Assembly (NCBI GenBank): GCA_963705705.1
Contig: CAVPKK010000007.1
Span: 128,001 to 192,000, forward strand
DNA length: 64,000 nucleotides
Direction of reading: 5' to 3'
Source: an uncultured bacterium
Lineage (GTDB): Bacteria; Babelota; Babeliae; Babelales; JABCYS01
Both the position numbers and the translations under genes were made by a program. This document shows positions 27,996 through 36,748 of this stretch, piece by piece. Each line of letters opens with the position of its first letter. The stretch's first letter is position 1. The notes under the pieces are model-generated. The model worked only from the letters and a program-made list of their open reading frames with translations. It did no database searches and was not told the DNA's origin.

Positions 27996-30191
27996 ATGGT
28001 TCACAGATTATCATGGTATCTAACAGCCATTGTGTTAGCCGTTCCATTAATCGCGATTGCGCCTGATACAGATATATCAACGGATGAGTCTGCTGCCGAT
28101 GATATTCCTTCGGCGGAACTGGTTGTCTCCTTCAATCAATCGGTAGATGAAAAATTTGTAGAAGATGCAGAAAATTCTCGAGCCCCAAAATCTAGAAATG
28201 CCATATTCTATGCGATAGCAGCCGGTGATTTGGAAGCGGTGCGACAAATTATTATTTTTGATGAGGATGCACTTAATAGAGCATATGAATATAAAGCGAC
28301 TGAAAAATCCTTCGATGGCTTTCATTCAAGCCCCTATAATGGCGATACGCCACTCATCTATTTAGTAAAGACCATCATTGATCTGCACAAAGCATATGAC
28401 TCAAGAAAATTCTCTGATGAATTCACTATCCAACTAGCATTCGAACATCGCTTTACTTTGGTATCTGAGATCTTATTTCATCCCAAAACAATCAGCTCTG
28501 GTGAAAATGCCGATGGACATACGGCTGTTACCTTGGCCGCCCAGGCCGGGCTTGTACGGTTGGCAAACTTGCTTAGCAGCGGAACTCATCCTGCACCCAA
28601 GCAAACTGACGTTAGCCAATTCAAAGCACGGTTAGCAAAATTGGATGTGTCAGCTGAAGTGCGCAAGCGCATTAATGCAGAAATTGATGTGCTCGGCCAA
28701 AAGCATCCGGCTGAACGTGGTTTGCAGATTAATTTCATCAATGCCTTATTGGATTTGCCCTGGGACAAAACAGCTGATACCGCCGTCGACATTGCTACTG
28801 TGCAAGAAGCGCTTGAATCCGAGCATTATGCGTTGAAGAAAGTTAAAGACGCGGTACTTGATTATCTTGCGGTCGCATCGGTGAGCCAATCTCTTGGGAA
28901 AAGCAAAATAATCTGCTTAGTCGGCCCGCCTGGAACGGGTAAAACATCGGTTGTGCAATCAATTGCTCGAGGGCTTAATCGACCATTGGCAAAAGTATGT
29001 CTTGGCGGTGCACATGATGAATCGGTAATTCGCGGGCACAATAAAAGTTATATCAGTGCCACGCCCGGTGAAATTATAAAAGGCATTATTCACGCCAAGG
29101 TAAGAAATCCGGTCATTCTCTTAGATGAAATAGATAAAATTGGGACCAGCCAATATAACGGCAACCCTTCATCTGCCCTACTCGAAGTGCTTGATCCCGA
29201 ACAAAATCATTCATTCATCGATCGCTTTGTCGAAGTACCATTCGATCTTTCAGAATGCCTCTTTATTGCTACTGCCAACTCTAAACGAGAAATTCCTCTG
29301 CCATTGTTGGATCGCTTAGAAATTATTGAAGTGCCTGGTTATTCTTTGGAAGAAAAGGTACAGATTGCGCAAAATTACTTGGTACCCAAAATAATACGGG
29401 AAGCAACATCGACTGAGCTAATTTTTGACATTGGCGAGGATGTAATTCGCTCGATCATAAAAAATTACACATTCGAATCTGGGGTGCGCAAATTGACGCA
29501 GCATCTGAAAACCTTATTTGCCAAGACGGCGCGGCAATATCTAGACAAGCGAACGGTGCCGATCATCACTCCGGAAAATCTTACGGAATATCTAGGACCT
29601 TCATTTAATTTCCCCCGCCTCTCACAGGCGCCGGCAGTGGGCATTGTTAATTGCTTATCAGTTTCACCTGGTTTCGGCGGAGCAACCAGCTTTTTGGAAG
29701 TGGTGTTGGTACCAAATGGAAAAGGTGATTTAAAGGTTTCCAAAGTGCTTGAAAATGATAGTGAAAATGCTGCTGCCATTGCACTGGCCTATGTTCGTTC
29801 ACATGCACAAGAATTAGGTATTTCAGCTTCGCAGCTTTCTTCAAACGATATTCATGTGCACAAACCTGGTATTGGACATGTCGACGGCCCTTCTGCCGGT
29901 ATCGCCAATGTTACAGCCATGGTATCTGCCTTCACCAATAAACTATGTGATCCAACTTATGCTATGACTGGAGAGCTGAGCTTGACCGGTAAGGTGATGG
30001 CCATTGGTGGATTGAAAGAAAAGATTTTGGCGGCCAAGCGTGAAGGCATTAAGAAAGTTATTATCCCGCGTGAGAATGAATCGGAATTATATGATTTTAA
30101 GCAGTTGCTCGATGGTATTGAGATTATACCAGTCAGTGATGTGCGCGAAGTATTAAGTAAAGTTTTGTTACCGAATTCAAGAAAAAGGTAA
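27996..30191 (+). CDS. lon: Lon (S16) protease paralog with signal peptide and N-terminal ankyrin repeats
   Basis: LLDLPW, EHYALKKVK, GPPGTGKT, ILLDEIDK, ALLEVLDPEQN, ESGVR, DGPSAG (catalytic Ser), IGGLKEK (catalytic Lys); N-terminal NAIFYAIAAGD, GDTPL, GHTAVTLAAQAG; start moved to 27996. Confidence 0.85.
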   Translation: MVHRLSWYLTAIVLAVPLIAIAPDTDISTDESAADDIPSAELVVSFNQSVDEKFVEDAENSRAPKSRNAIFYAIAAGDLEAVRQIIIFDEDALNRAYEYKATEKSFDGFHSSPYNGDTPLIYLVKTIIDLHKAYDSRKFSDEFTIQLAFEHRFTLVSEILFHPKTISSGENADGHTAVTLAAQAGLVRLANLLSSGTHPAPKQTDVSQFKARLAKLDVSAEVRKRINAEIDVLGQKHPAERGLQINFINALLDLPWDKTADTAVDIATVQEALESEHYALKKVKDAVLDYLAVASVSQSLGKSKIICLVGPPGTGKTSVVQSIARGLNRPLAKVCLGGAHDESVIRGHNKSYISATPGEIIKGIIHAKVRNPVILLDEIDKIGTSQYNGNPSSALLEVLDPEQNHSFIDRFVEVPFDLSECLFIATANSKREIPLPLLDRLEIIEVPGYSLEEKVQIAQNYLVPKIIREATSTELIFDIGEDVIRSIIKNYTFESGVRKLTQHLKTLFAKTARQYLDKRTVPIITPENLTEYLGPSFNFPRLSQAPAVGIVNCLSVSPGFGGATSFLEVVLVPNGKGDLKVSKVLENDSENAAAIALAYVRSHAQELGISASQLSSNDIHVHKPGIGHVDGPSAGIANVTAMVSAFTNKLCDPTYAMTGELSLTGKVMAIGGLKEKILAAKREGIKKVIIPRENESELYDFKQLLDGIEIIPVSDVREVLSKVLLPNSRKR

Positions 30192-30195
30192 GTCG

Positions 30196-30846
30196 ATGAT
30201 GATTACAAGAATAGCTTCTTTAGCCCTTCTGCTAAATATTTGGACCTTACAGGCATCTCCGGTGGTTGCACATAATTTACCGATTAGAAGTTCTAATCAA
30301 AAACTCACGCCAACGGAAATGCTGGCGGTCGGTATTATTACTGCATCACCAAGCTTGGTTGCAACGGCAATAAAGAAAGGCGCCTACTTGCGCGTGCAGA
30401 TAGATCAGTTTGGTGATACACCACTGATGCTTGCCATTCGTGTGTTTGGTCATTCATTGAAAACGCAATTGGAAGCAAAATCAAGCCGTTTACAGAGACT
30501 CTGCAGTTTTGCTTCTGGATTAGTTATTTCCCAATTGCTCATGTGGCAAGGCTCTAAATTTATACCAGACAGATGGCAATCGGCGTATAACATTTTCAAT
30601 CTTGCCGCGCTCGTCGGCCCTGTTGGCTATTATGCCCGTCAATCAATGAAACCCACAATCGCTACCCAACGCGCCGCACGCATTATTCTTATGCTGATGC
30701 AGCAAGATCCTCAGATGAGCCTTCGCAATCATGAAAGCCTCACACCAAAGGATATCCTTGAAGCGTTTTATCCTATCGCCCGTACGCTGCAAAGTGAAGA
30801 ATGGTTTACTTTGCGACGAATCTTCTCGCAGTTGAATGTTGGGTAA
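30196..30846 (+). CDS. Secreted or membrane protein with ankyrin-like repeat
   Basis: Signal peptide, DQFGDTPLMLAI, two hydrophobic segments, RNHESLTPKDI; 4 nt after lon, so probably co-transcribed. Confidence 0.65.
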   Translation: MMITRIASLALLLNIWTLQASPVVAHNLPIRSSNQKLTPTEMLAVGIITASPSLVATAIKKGAYLRVQIDQFGDTPLMLAIRVFGHSLKTQLEAKSSRLQRLCSFASGLVISQLLMWQGSKFIPDRWQSAYNIFNLAALVGPVGYYARQSMKPTIATQRAARIILMLMQQDPQMSLRNHESLTPKDILEAFYPIARTLQSEEWFTLRRIFSQLNVG

Positions 30847-30988
30847 TCTAAAATTTAGTCACTTCAGTCTAAATTGAGTCTTGAAAGCTTTGATTCCTTA
30901 ATGTTGATGATTAAGTCTCCTCAGCGCTCATCCTGCATGTCCGCCAAAGCTCATGGAGTTGTAGAAATTCTTACTGACGCAAGGAGAC

Positions 30989-31024
30989 CGCGCTCATCCT
31001 GAGTTAATCGAAGGATATAGCGCG
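30989..31024 (+). repeat. Family-1 hairpin repeat nested inside a family-2 repeat
   Basis: cgcgctcatcctgagttaatcgaaggatatagcgcg. Confidence 0.9.
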
Positions 31025-31177
31025 CGAAGGCAAAATGCATCGGCGGAAGTTTATCGAAGGATAAAAGCGCTACAGCGACATTGCCGACCCATAATAAATT
31101 TGTAGTTCCTTTAGTCCTTGAATAAATTTATTCAAAGGAGGAATGATTTTTTTATTGCCGCTTACTATGTCTTCCTC

Positions 31178-31212
31178 GCGCTCTGATTCTTCGATTAACT
31201 CAGAATGAGCGC
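31178..31212 (-). repeat. Family-1 hairpin repeat, covariant variant
   Basis: Reverse complement gcgctcattctgagttaatcgaagaatcagagcgc; ATTCT/AGAAT replaces ATCCT/AGGAT. Confidence 0.85.
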
Positions 31213-31350
31213 GGCGTGGGTATACTGATTCAATAGGTAGAGATGTAGCTAGCCGATGATAAATTAAATTGTAGACCCTTTAAAAGATTGCTATTTAGCC
31301 ATTAAGTAGCTGAAAAATTTATTATTCTTAAGATTTTGATTAAGTTTTTA

Positions 31351-31852
31351 GCGCTCATCCTGAGTTTATCGAAGGATAAAAGCGCTACAGTGATATTGTT
31401 AACCCATAACCAAATCATAAAATCCATCCTTTAACTTATGAATCATTTCTTCGTTTACATCCTTAAATGTAGCAACGGCAGATTTTACACCGGACACACC
31501 GACAACCTCGAACTCCGACTATCCGAACACAAACAAAGAAAAGACCCAAAATGCTATACCGCAACCCGCTTGCCGATCCAATTGGTTTTTCATGCCGTTT
31601 TTGAGTCCCGTGAAGCAGCCTTTAATGCTGAAATGAAGATCAAAGGATGGTCCAGGGAGAAAAAGGAAGCCTTAATTAATGGTGATTGGGAGGAACTGAA
31701 GCGGCTGTCCAATTTAAAAAATGATTTGGCCAATTCGCAATCATATTGGCGATCGATATCGTTTGAGATATTAAAGGATGTATGAATTCATTTATTACCG
31801 CTTACTGAGTCTTCCTCGCGCTTTTATCCTTCGATAAACTCAGGATGAGCGC
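31351..31852 (+). mobile_element. GIY-YIG cassette bounded by perfect 35-bp inverted hairpin repeats
   Basis: 31351-31385 gcgctcatcctgagtttatcgaaggataaaagcgc is the exact reverse complement of 31818-31852; the single GIY-YIG gene lies between them. Mobility itself is inferred. Confidence 0.7.
31438..31785 (+). CDS. Stand-alone GIY-YIG nuclease (UPF0213-like)
   Basis: FVYILKCSNGRFYTGHTDNLELRLSEH...YT..RLP..LV....F.SR..A...E..IKGWSR.KK.ALI. Confidence 0.92.
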   Translation: MNHFFVYILKCSNGRFYTGHTDNLELRLSEHKQRKDPKCYTATRLPIQLVFHAVFESREAAFNAEMKIKGWSREKKEALINGDWEELKRLSNLKNDLANSQSYWRSISFEILKDV

Positions 31853-31948
31853 GGCGTTGTATTAGCAGTTTTTAAAATCAAATGAGCAATTAGATTCAAT
31901 ATCATATATACTAGGCGCCTCTAAAAATTATTGCGCACGGTATAAAAC

Positions 31949-33766
31949 ATGAGCGAAAAACTAAAAGATCTTTCCCCCTTTACACCCGATAAAATCCGCA
32001 ACTTTGCCATCATAGCCCATATCGATCATGGCAAATCCACTCTATCCGATCGCCTGCTTGAAGTTACAGGCACCATATCGACCCGCGAAAAAGCAGAACA
32101 GTTTCTAGACAAGCTGCAAGTAGAAAAAGAGCGCGGTATCACCGTCAAAGCCCAATCGGCTTCGATGTTTTATGAATACAACGGCTCTACTTACCTATTA
32201 AATCTGATCGACACCCCAGGGCACGTAGATTTTTCTTACGAAGTTTCTCGCTCATTATATGCCTGCCAGGGTGCAGCCCTATTGGTCGATGCCACCCAGG
32301 GCGTACAGGCGCAGACCATGGCAAACTTTTATCTAGCCTTTGAACAAGATCTTGCCATCATCCCCGTGATCAACAAAGTGGATATGCTATCGGCCGACAC
32401 GCCGCGCGTAGCCAAAGAGCTCTACACATTATTCGATTTTCAAGAAAAAGAATTGCTGCTGACCTCGGGCAAAACCGGTATTGGTATTGCTGATTTCCTT
32501 GCCGGCATCATCAACCGTATCCCAGCGCCAGTCGGCTCACGAGATTTGCCGCTCAAAGCCCTTCTATTTGATTCTTGGTATGACGATTATCGTGGTGTGG
32601 TCTGTTTAGTCGCGCTCAAAGATGGCATATTGCGAAAAGGGGACGTTATCACCCTAGCCGCAGCGTCAGCAACCTACGAAGTATTAGAACTCGGGCTTAT
32701 GTATCCTGAAATGATGCCAACTGATGTGCTGTATGCCGGCCAAGTTGGCTACGTGATCACCGGCATGAAGACGGTACGCGAGGCACGCGTTGGCGATACG
32801 TTATATCATGCCAAAAAGACCGTCGTTCCGTTTCCTGGGTTTAAACCGGCCAAGCCCATGGTATTTGCTGGGATTTATCCGGTCGAAAATACTGAGTTTG
32901 GCTTACTCAGTGATGCCATTGAAAAATTAACATTGAATGATGCGAGCGTTACGGTTGAAAAAAAATCATCTAATGCCCTTGGCCTTGGTTTTAGATGCGG
33001 ATTCCTTGGTTTGTTGCATATGGATGTGTTCAAGCAGCGGTTAGAACAAGAATATAACCTCGATGTAATTGCCACATCACCGAGCGTGCGCTACCAGCTC
33101 AAAATGACTAATGGTGACGTGATCGATTGCGAAAATCCGTCAGACTTTCCAGATCCGGCGCGTATTGATGAAGTCCGCGAGCCTATGATCAACGGCACCA
33201 TGATTTTACCCAAAACATATTTGGGCGGCATTTTAAAGTTGTGCGAAGAAAAGCGCGGAACACAAATCGATATGCGATTCTTGGAAGCTGATCGACTCAT
33301 CCTAAAATATTCATTACCGCTCAACGAAGTGGCAACCGATTTCTACGATCAGCTCAAATCGCTCTCGGCCGGCTATGCCAGCTTTGATTATGAAGAGTCT
33401 GGTTATGTAGCAAGCGATTTAGTAAAAATGGATATTCTTTTGAATGGCAAAGCAGTCGATGCGTTGGCCTTCATTGTGCATGAAGAGAAATCCTACTACG
33501 CAGGCAAAGAGATCGTCGCCAAATTACGTAGCGTTATCCCACGGCAGCTTTTCGAAGTGGCCATCCAAGCTGCCATCGGCGCGCGCATCATTGCCCGTGA
33601 ATCTGTTTCTGCATTGCGCAAAAACGTAACAGCTAAATGTTACGGCGGTGATATTACGCGAAAACGTAAGTTACTCGAGAAACAAAAAGCCGGTAAGAAG
33701 CGTATGAAACAGGTGGGCTCAGTCGAAGTGCCGCAAGAAGCATTCCTCACCATTTTGAAGAAATAG
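31949..33766 (+). CDS. lepA: Elongation factor 4 (LepA)
   Basis: IRNFAIIAHIDHGKSTLSDR, ERGIT, DTPGH, GFRCGFLGLLH, KCYGGDITRKRKLLEKQK. Confidence 0.98.
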   Translation: MSEKLKDLSPFTPDKIRNFAIIAHIDHGKSTLSDRLLEVTGTISTREKAEQFLDKLQVEKERGITVKAQSASMFYEYNGSTYLLNLIDTPGHVDFSYEVSRSLYACQGAALLVDATQGVQAQTMANFYLAFEQDLAIIPVINKVDMLSADTPRVAKELYTLFDFQEKELLLTSGKTGIGIADFLAGIINRIPAPVGSRDLPLKALLFDSWYDDYRGVVCLVALKDGILRKGDVITLAAASATYEVLELGLMYPEMMPTDVLYAGQVGYVITGMKTVREARVGDTLYHAKKTVVPFPGFKPAKPMVFAGIYPVENTEFGLLSDAIEKLTLNDASVTVEKKSSNALGLGFRCGFLGLLHMDVFKQRLEQEYNLDVIATSPSVRYQLKMTNGDVIDCENPSDFPDPARIDEVREPMINGTMILPKTYLGGILKLCEEKRGTQIDMRFLEADRLILKYSLPLNEVATDFYDQLKSLSAGYASFDYEESGYVASDLVKMDILLNGKAVDALAFIVHEEKSYYAGKEIVAKLRSVIPRQLFEVAIQAAIGARIIARESVSALRKNVTAKCYGGDITRKRKLLEKQKAGKKRMKQVGSVEVPQEAFLTILKK

Positions 33767-33789
33767 TAACCAGGGCGCGCCCTGGCGAA

Positions 33790-33880
33790 GTCCGACATAG
33801 CTCATCTTTCCGCTTTGATCCTTCGATAAACTCAGGATGAGCGGACTTGAGTCAAGCTTTGCGATTAAAGTGTCGGCGGA
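33790..33880. repeat. Composite repeat: family-2 arms enclosing a family-1 hairpin (33809-33845, minus)
   Basis: gtccgacatagctcat ... tccgctttgatccttcgataaactcaggatgagcgga ... agtgtcggcgga. Confidence 0.75.
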
Positions 33881-34013
33881 ACCCGCGTAGCATCCAAATT
33901 CTCCGTAGGCAGTTAAATTAGCTTTTAAAGTTTCGATCGCCCGACACGTATGGTTGAGTTGCCTCAATTGATATGGTACGGTTAGCGGAATGAAAAATTT
34001 AAAAGAGGAAGCC

Positions 34014-35099
34014 ATGCAAGCCAATCCGGTACCACAAACACCACGTCAAGAAGATATTGTATTCTCTGGCAATATTTTTATTTTTTACGCATTCGACGTA
34101 GGTGAAGATATTAACTTAGATGCCCTTCGCCAATCAGGTGTAGTGACACCGGTACCCGTAACACTGCCAAAATATTTCAAAAACTATCATGCGCCGCTTT
34201 CAATTGAATTACCACAACCCAATGTGGGATCACGTTGCGTAAGTGCAAAAATTCATCATTTCGGCGCCTTTTCATTGACTTATCAAATTCCTTTCACCAG
34301 CACACTTGAAGCAATCCGCAAGCGTATTAATGGGATGGATACTACCTTCCGCCGCCAGAGCGCCAGCGATGCAGCAAGTATTTATCGCAAGGTGAAAGAT
34401 TATATTAAGCAGGCGCACTTCTTTCATTTACGCTCATCGTATCTAGTGATTCAGATTGATCCGATGCCGGATTTAATTAATGTGGTCGATCTAAAGAATA
34501 AATATGGCGGCACTATTGCTAGCATGCTACGTTTTGAAACGGAAAGCCTGTCTGAGTTTCAGAAGAATGACATTCTTGAATCGGCGACTGGGTATTACCG
34601 TGGCGATCTAATTATCATCGATACTGAAGCTGCCTTTGTGTACGATGCCGAATATTATGAAATTTTGGATCTGTTTGAATTCGCCAACTTGCACAAGCTT
34701 GAGCTTAACTATTTCGACCGCGTGTTGGATCAGCAATTAAATATGGTTTATGAAAAGCGTGCGATTACCCCAGCTTGGACTGACTATTTACCATTCATTA
34801 GCGTCAGCGATCCAATTGGTGACTTAGGCCGATTACGTGCAGATATTTCGGTGATTGCAGAACGGTTGGAAAGCAGTATCAAATTCGCCGGCGAGCCATA
34901 TTACACGGAAATCTACGGTTTATTGGCCGACAAATTGGATCTGCGTAGTTGGAAAGAAAGTATTGAAAAGAAGATGTCGATCATCGGCGAAATCCGCGCC
35001 GTCTACTACAATAAGATCGATGTCATTCGCGAAGATTTACTCTCGGTACTTATTATTATGCTAATCTTTATTGAGATAATGGTTGCGATCTGGAAGTAG
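34014..35099 (+). CDS. Conserved hypothetical protein, RMD1/DUF155-like, with C-terminal TM helix
   Basis: YAFDVGEDI, EFAN...LELNYFD..LD, W...I..K, and terminal LSVLIIMLIFIEI; start moved to 34014 (GAGG SD). Confidence 0.55.
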   Translation: MQANPVPQTPRQEDIVFSGNIFIFYAFDVGEDINLDALRQSGVVTPVPVTLPKYFKNYHAPLSIELPQPNVGSRCVSAKIHHFGAFSLTYQIPFTSTLEAIRKRINGMDTTFRRQSASDAASIYRKVKDYIKQAHFFHLRSSYLVIQIDPMPDLINVVDLKNKYGGTIASMLRFETESLSEFQKNDILESATGYYRGDLIIIDTEAAFVYDAEYYEILDLFEFANLHKLELNYFDRVLDQQLNMVYEKRAITPAWTDYLPFISVSDPIGDLGRLRADISVIAERLESSIKFAGEPYYTEIYGLLADKLDLRSWKESIEKKMSIIGEIRAVYYNKIDVIREDLLSVLIIMLIFIEIMVAIWK

Positions 35100-35982
35100 C
35101 CAGGGCGCGCAGAAAAACCGATCTCTTATACCCATTCTGATGACCAGTCGTGATTTCCGAAGGCAATACTGCTAACCAGTTGCCTGGTTCCTTATGGCTA
35201 TTAATTATTTCTTGATGCTTGGCGAAGAATTTAGCTGCGGCAATAATATCATCAGGCGAGCTATATTGAGCTGCAAATCTATCTGCTGCTTTTTCTTCAC
35301 GAAATTTCCAGGCCGCATTCATGGTGTAGGTGTACACCAAATCATAGAAGCCTCCCACAATCACACCAGCCGCTATAGCCAGTAATCCATTGATATGCAC
35401 AACCATCATTGCTGCATAAATACCGCAAAAAGCGGCCAATGATCCAATAATAAAAGATCCAAAGAGTTTTTTCTGAGAAAAATTATTAACGATGTGGCCA
35501 AGCTCGTGCTTAAATATGAAACGTTCTGCGGCCGGATTTAAGGCTTCTTTAATACCAGAGAGCCGCAACTCTTGTGTCTTGGAAATCGCTGGCTTGATAT
35601 GCAGATCAAAAATTTGTTTCACTTTCAACGCTTCGGAGTCTTGAATATCCCATAAGACTGGATCAACAATGACCATATTATTTACCATCATGGCAATCTG
35701 TTCGTTGGTATAGGCATATCGCACATTGATGTCATCTGGATTAACCTCGCACTCTCTCATAAGCGTATTGAATTTAGCCTGGTATTCAGCGGTAGGCACA
35801 AATTTTAATGAGCTCTCAAGAGCCTTTGCTTGTCGCCAATTAAGGTACCAAATGTATAACCCGACCATAAGCGAACAGGCAATGATTCCGGTTGTATGCG
35901 CGAATAGTGACGGATATACGAAATAAAGAACAATGACGGGTACGGAAAGATTTATGGTGCCGATTAGTTGTTGTTTGAACAT
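35068..35982 (-). CDS. Membrane zinc metallopeptidase, M48-like
   Basis: TM segments, FIFKHELGH, EKAADRFA, late His (TTGH); start moved to 35982 because the longer N-terminus runs through a repeat. Confidence 0.7.
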   Translation of the reverse strand: MFKQQLIGTINLSVPVIVLYFVYPSLFAHTTGIIACSLMVGLYIWYLNWRQAKALESSLKFVPTAEYQAKFNTLMRECEVNPDDINVRYAYTNEQIAMMVNNMVIVDPVLWDIQDSEALKVKQIFDLHIKPAISKTQELRLSGIKEALNPAAERFIFKHELGHIVNNFSQKKLFGSFIIGSLAAFCGIYAAMMVVHINGLLAIAAGVIVGGFYDLVYTYTMNAAWKFREEKAADRFAAQYSSPDDIIAAAKFFAKHQEIINSHKEPGNWLAVLPSEITTGHQNGYKRSVFLRALATSRSQPLSQ

Positions 35983-36038
35983 GATGTGATTTTTTTTAAT
36001 GAAAAATTTAATTATTAACGAGTGTATTAAGTCAATCG

Positions 36039-36075
36039 TGCGCTCTGATTCTTCGATCAACTCAGAATGAGCGCA
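36039..36075 (-). repeat. Family-1 hairpin repeat, covariant variant
   Basis: Reverse complement tgcgctcattctgagttgatcgaagaatcagagcgca. Confidence 0.85.
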
Positions 36076-36134
36076 TTCAAGTCGTGCTGATTTCTTGGAC
36101 AGAATCATTAATAGATAAAACTACCCCAATATCA

Positions 36135-36623
36135 TTAGGTTGCCACTGAGACTTTAGCAGGCCTCAATACATCGCCTTTAAAGGTGTAACCCTTTTGCAG
36201 CACCTTGACGATCGAACCAGAAATATGATCCGGAGATTCCACTTGCATCACGGCTTCGTGGATTTGAGGATTGAAGATCTCACCGTCTTTGATTTCTTGC
36301 ACGTCATATTTTTGTAAAAGCTTTTTCAATTCTTTGCTGGTCATTTCAAATCCGGCAAGCCAGGAGTTAAACTCGGATGTTGCAGGATGTTGATGCGCAG
36401 TTTCAAGTGCGCGGTCAAAATCATCAACAATCGTTAAAAGGTCATTAAGGATAATTGACTGATTTGATTTGGCCCATTGTGCTTTTTCTTTATCCGTACG
36501 CCTTTTATAATTCTCAAAGTCGGCGCTTATGCGCAATGCGCGATCTTTCCAAGCGTGCAGTTCTTCCTGACAAGCCGATACGGGATCAATAGATGAAGAA
36601 TTAATATTTTCTGTTTCAGACAT
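36135..36623 (-). CDS. grpE: Nucleotide exchange factor GrpE
   Basis: LRISADFENYKRR, DDFDRAL, FNPQIHEAV, VLQKGY....VLRPAKVSV. Confidence 0.96.
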   Translation of the reverse strand: MSETENINSSSIDPVSACQEELHAWKDRALRISADFENYKRRTDKEKAQWAKSNQSIILNDLLTIVDDFDRALETAHQHPATSEFNSWLAGFEMTSKELKKLLQKYDVQEIKDGEIFNPQIHEAVMQVESPDHISGSIVKVLQKGYTFKGDVLRPAKVSVAT

Positions 36624-36748
36624 TTTATTCGCTCGTATTTCGAAAATTTAACATTCAATTAGAATGAGGCGGTTGATGGCCTTGTTCACCTTTCTTCAAA
36701 GGTAGAGCTAGTATAGCCCAAAATTTCAATCTCTCTAAAGGGTTCTTC

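Larger units (their letters stand above)
30924..31212 (+). mobile_element. Gene-less (non-autonomous) copy of the GIY-YIG cassette with nested repeat insertions
   Basis: Left repeat split into 30924-30935 and 31048-31070; right inverted repeat 31178-31212; inner flanks tacagcgacattgccgacccataa and ttattgccgcttactatgtcttcctc match those of the full cassette. Confidence 0.7.

Noticed and set aside
30924..31852. Clustered 35-bp palindromic repeats as a CRISPR array
   Set aside because: Copies are in both orientations, irregularly spaced and dispersed across the window; no constant-length spacers and no cas genes
33719..34024. 101-aa minus-strand ORF between lepA and the next gene
   Set aside because: Overlaps both neighbours and is largely translation of the composite repeat (LILSLSKD)
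33770..35110. ccagggcgcgc just after the stops of both lepA and the 34014 gene (16-bp palindrome at 33770-33785)
   Set aside because: Only 11 bp are shared and the second copy lies within the opposite-strand CDS; likely chance
35983..36108. N-terminal extension of the M48-like peptidase containing a translated repeat
   Set aside because: More simply an open frame through an intergenic repeat; ATG 35982 is preferred, although the start is not certain
36624..36748. CIRCE heat-shock operator upstream of grpE
   Set aside because: No TTAGCACTC-N9-GAGTGCTAA match visible
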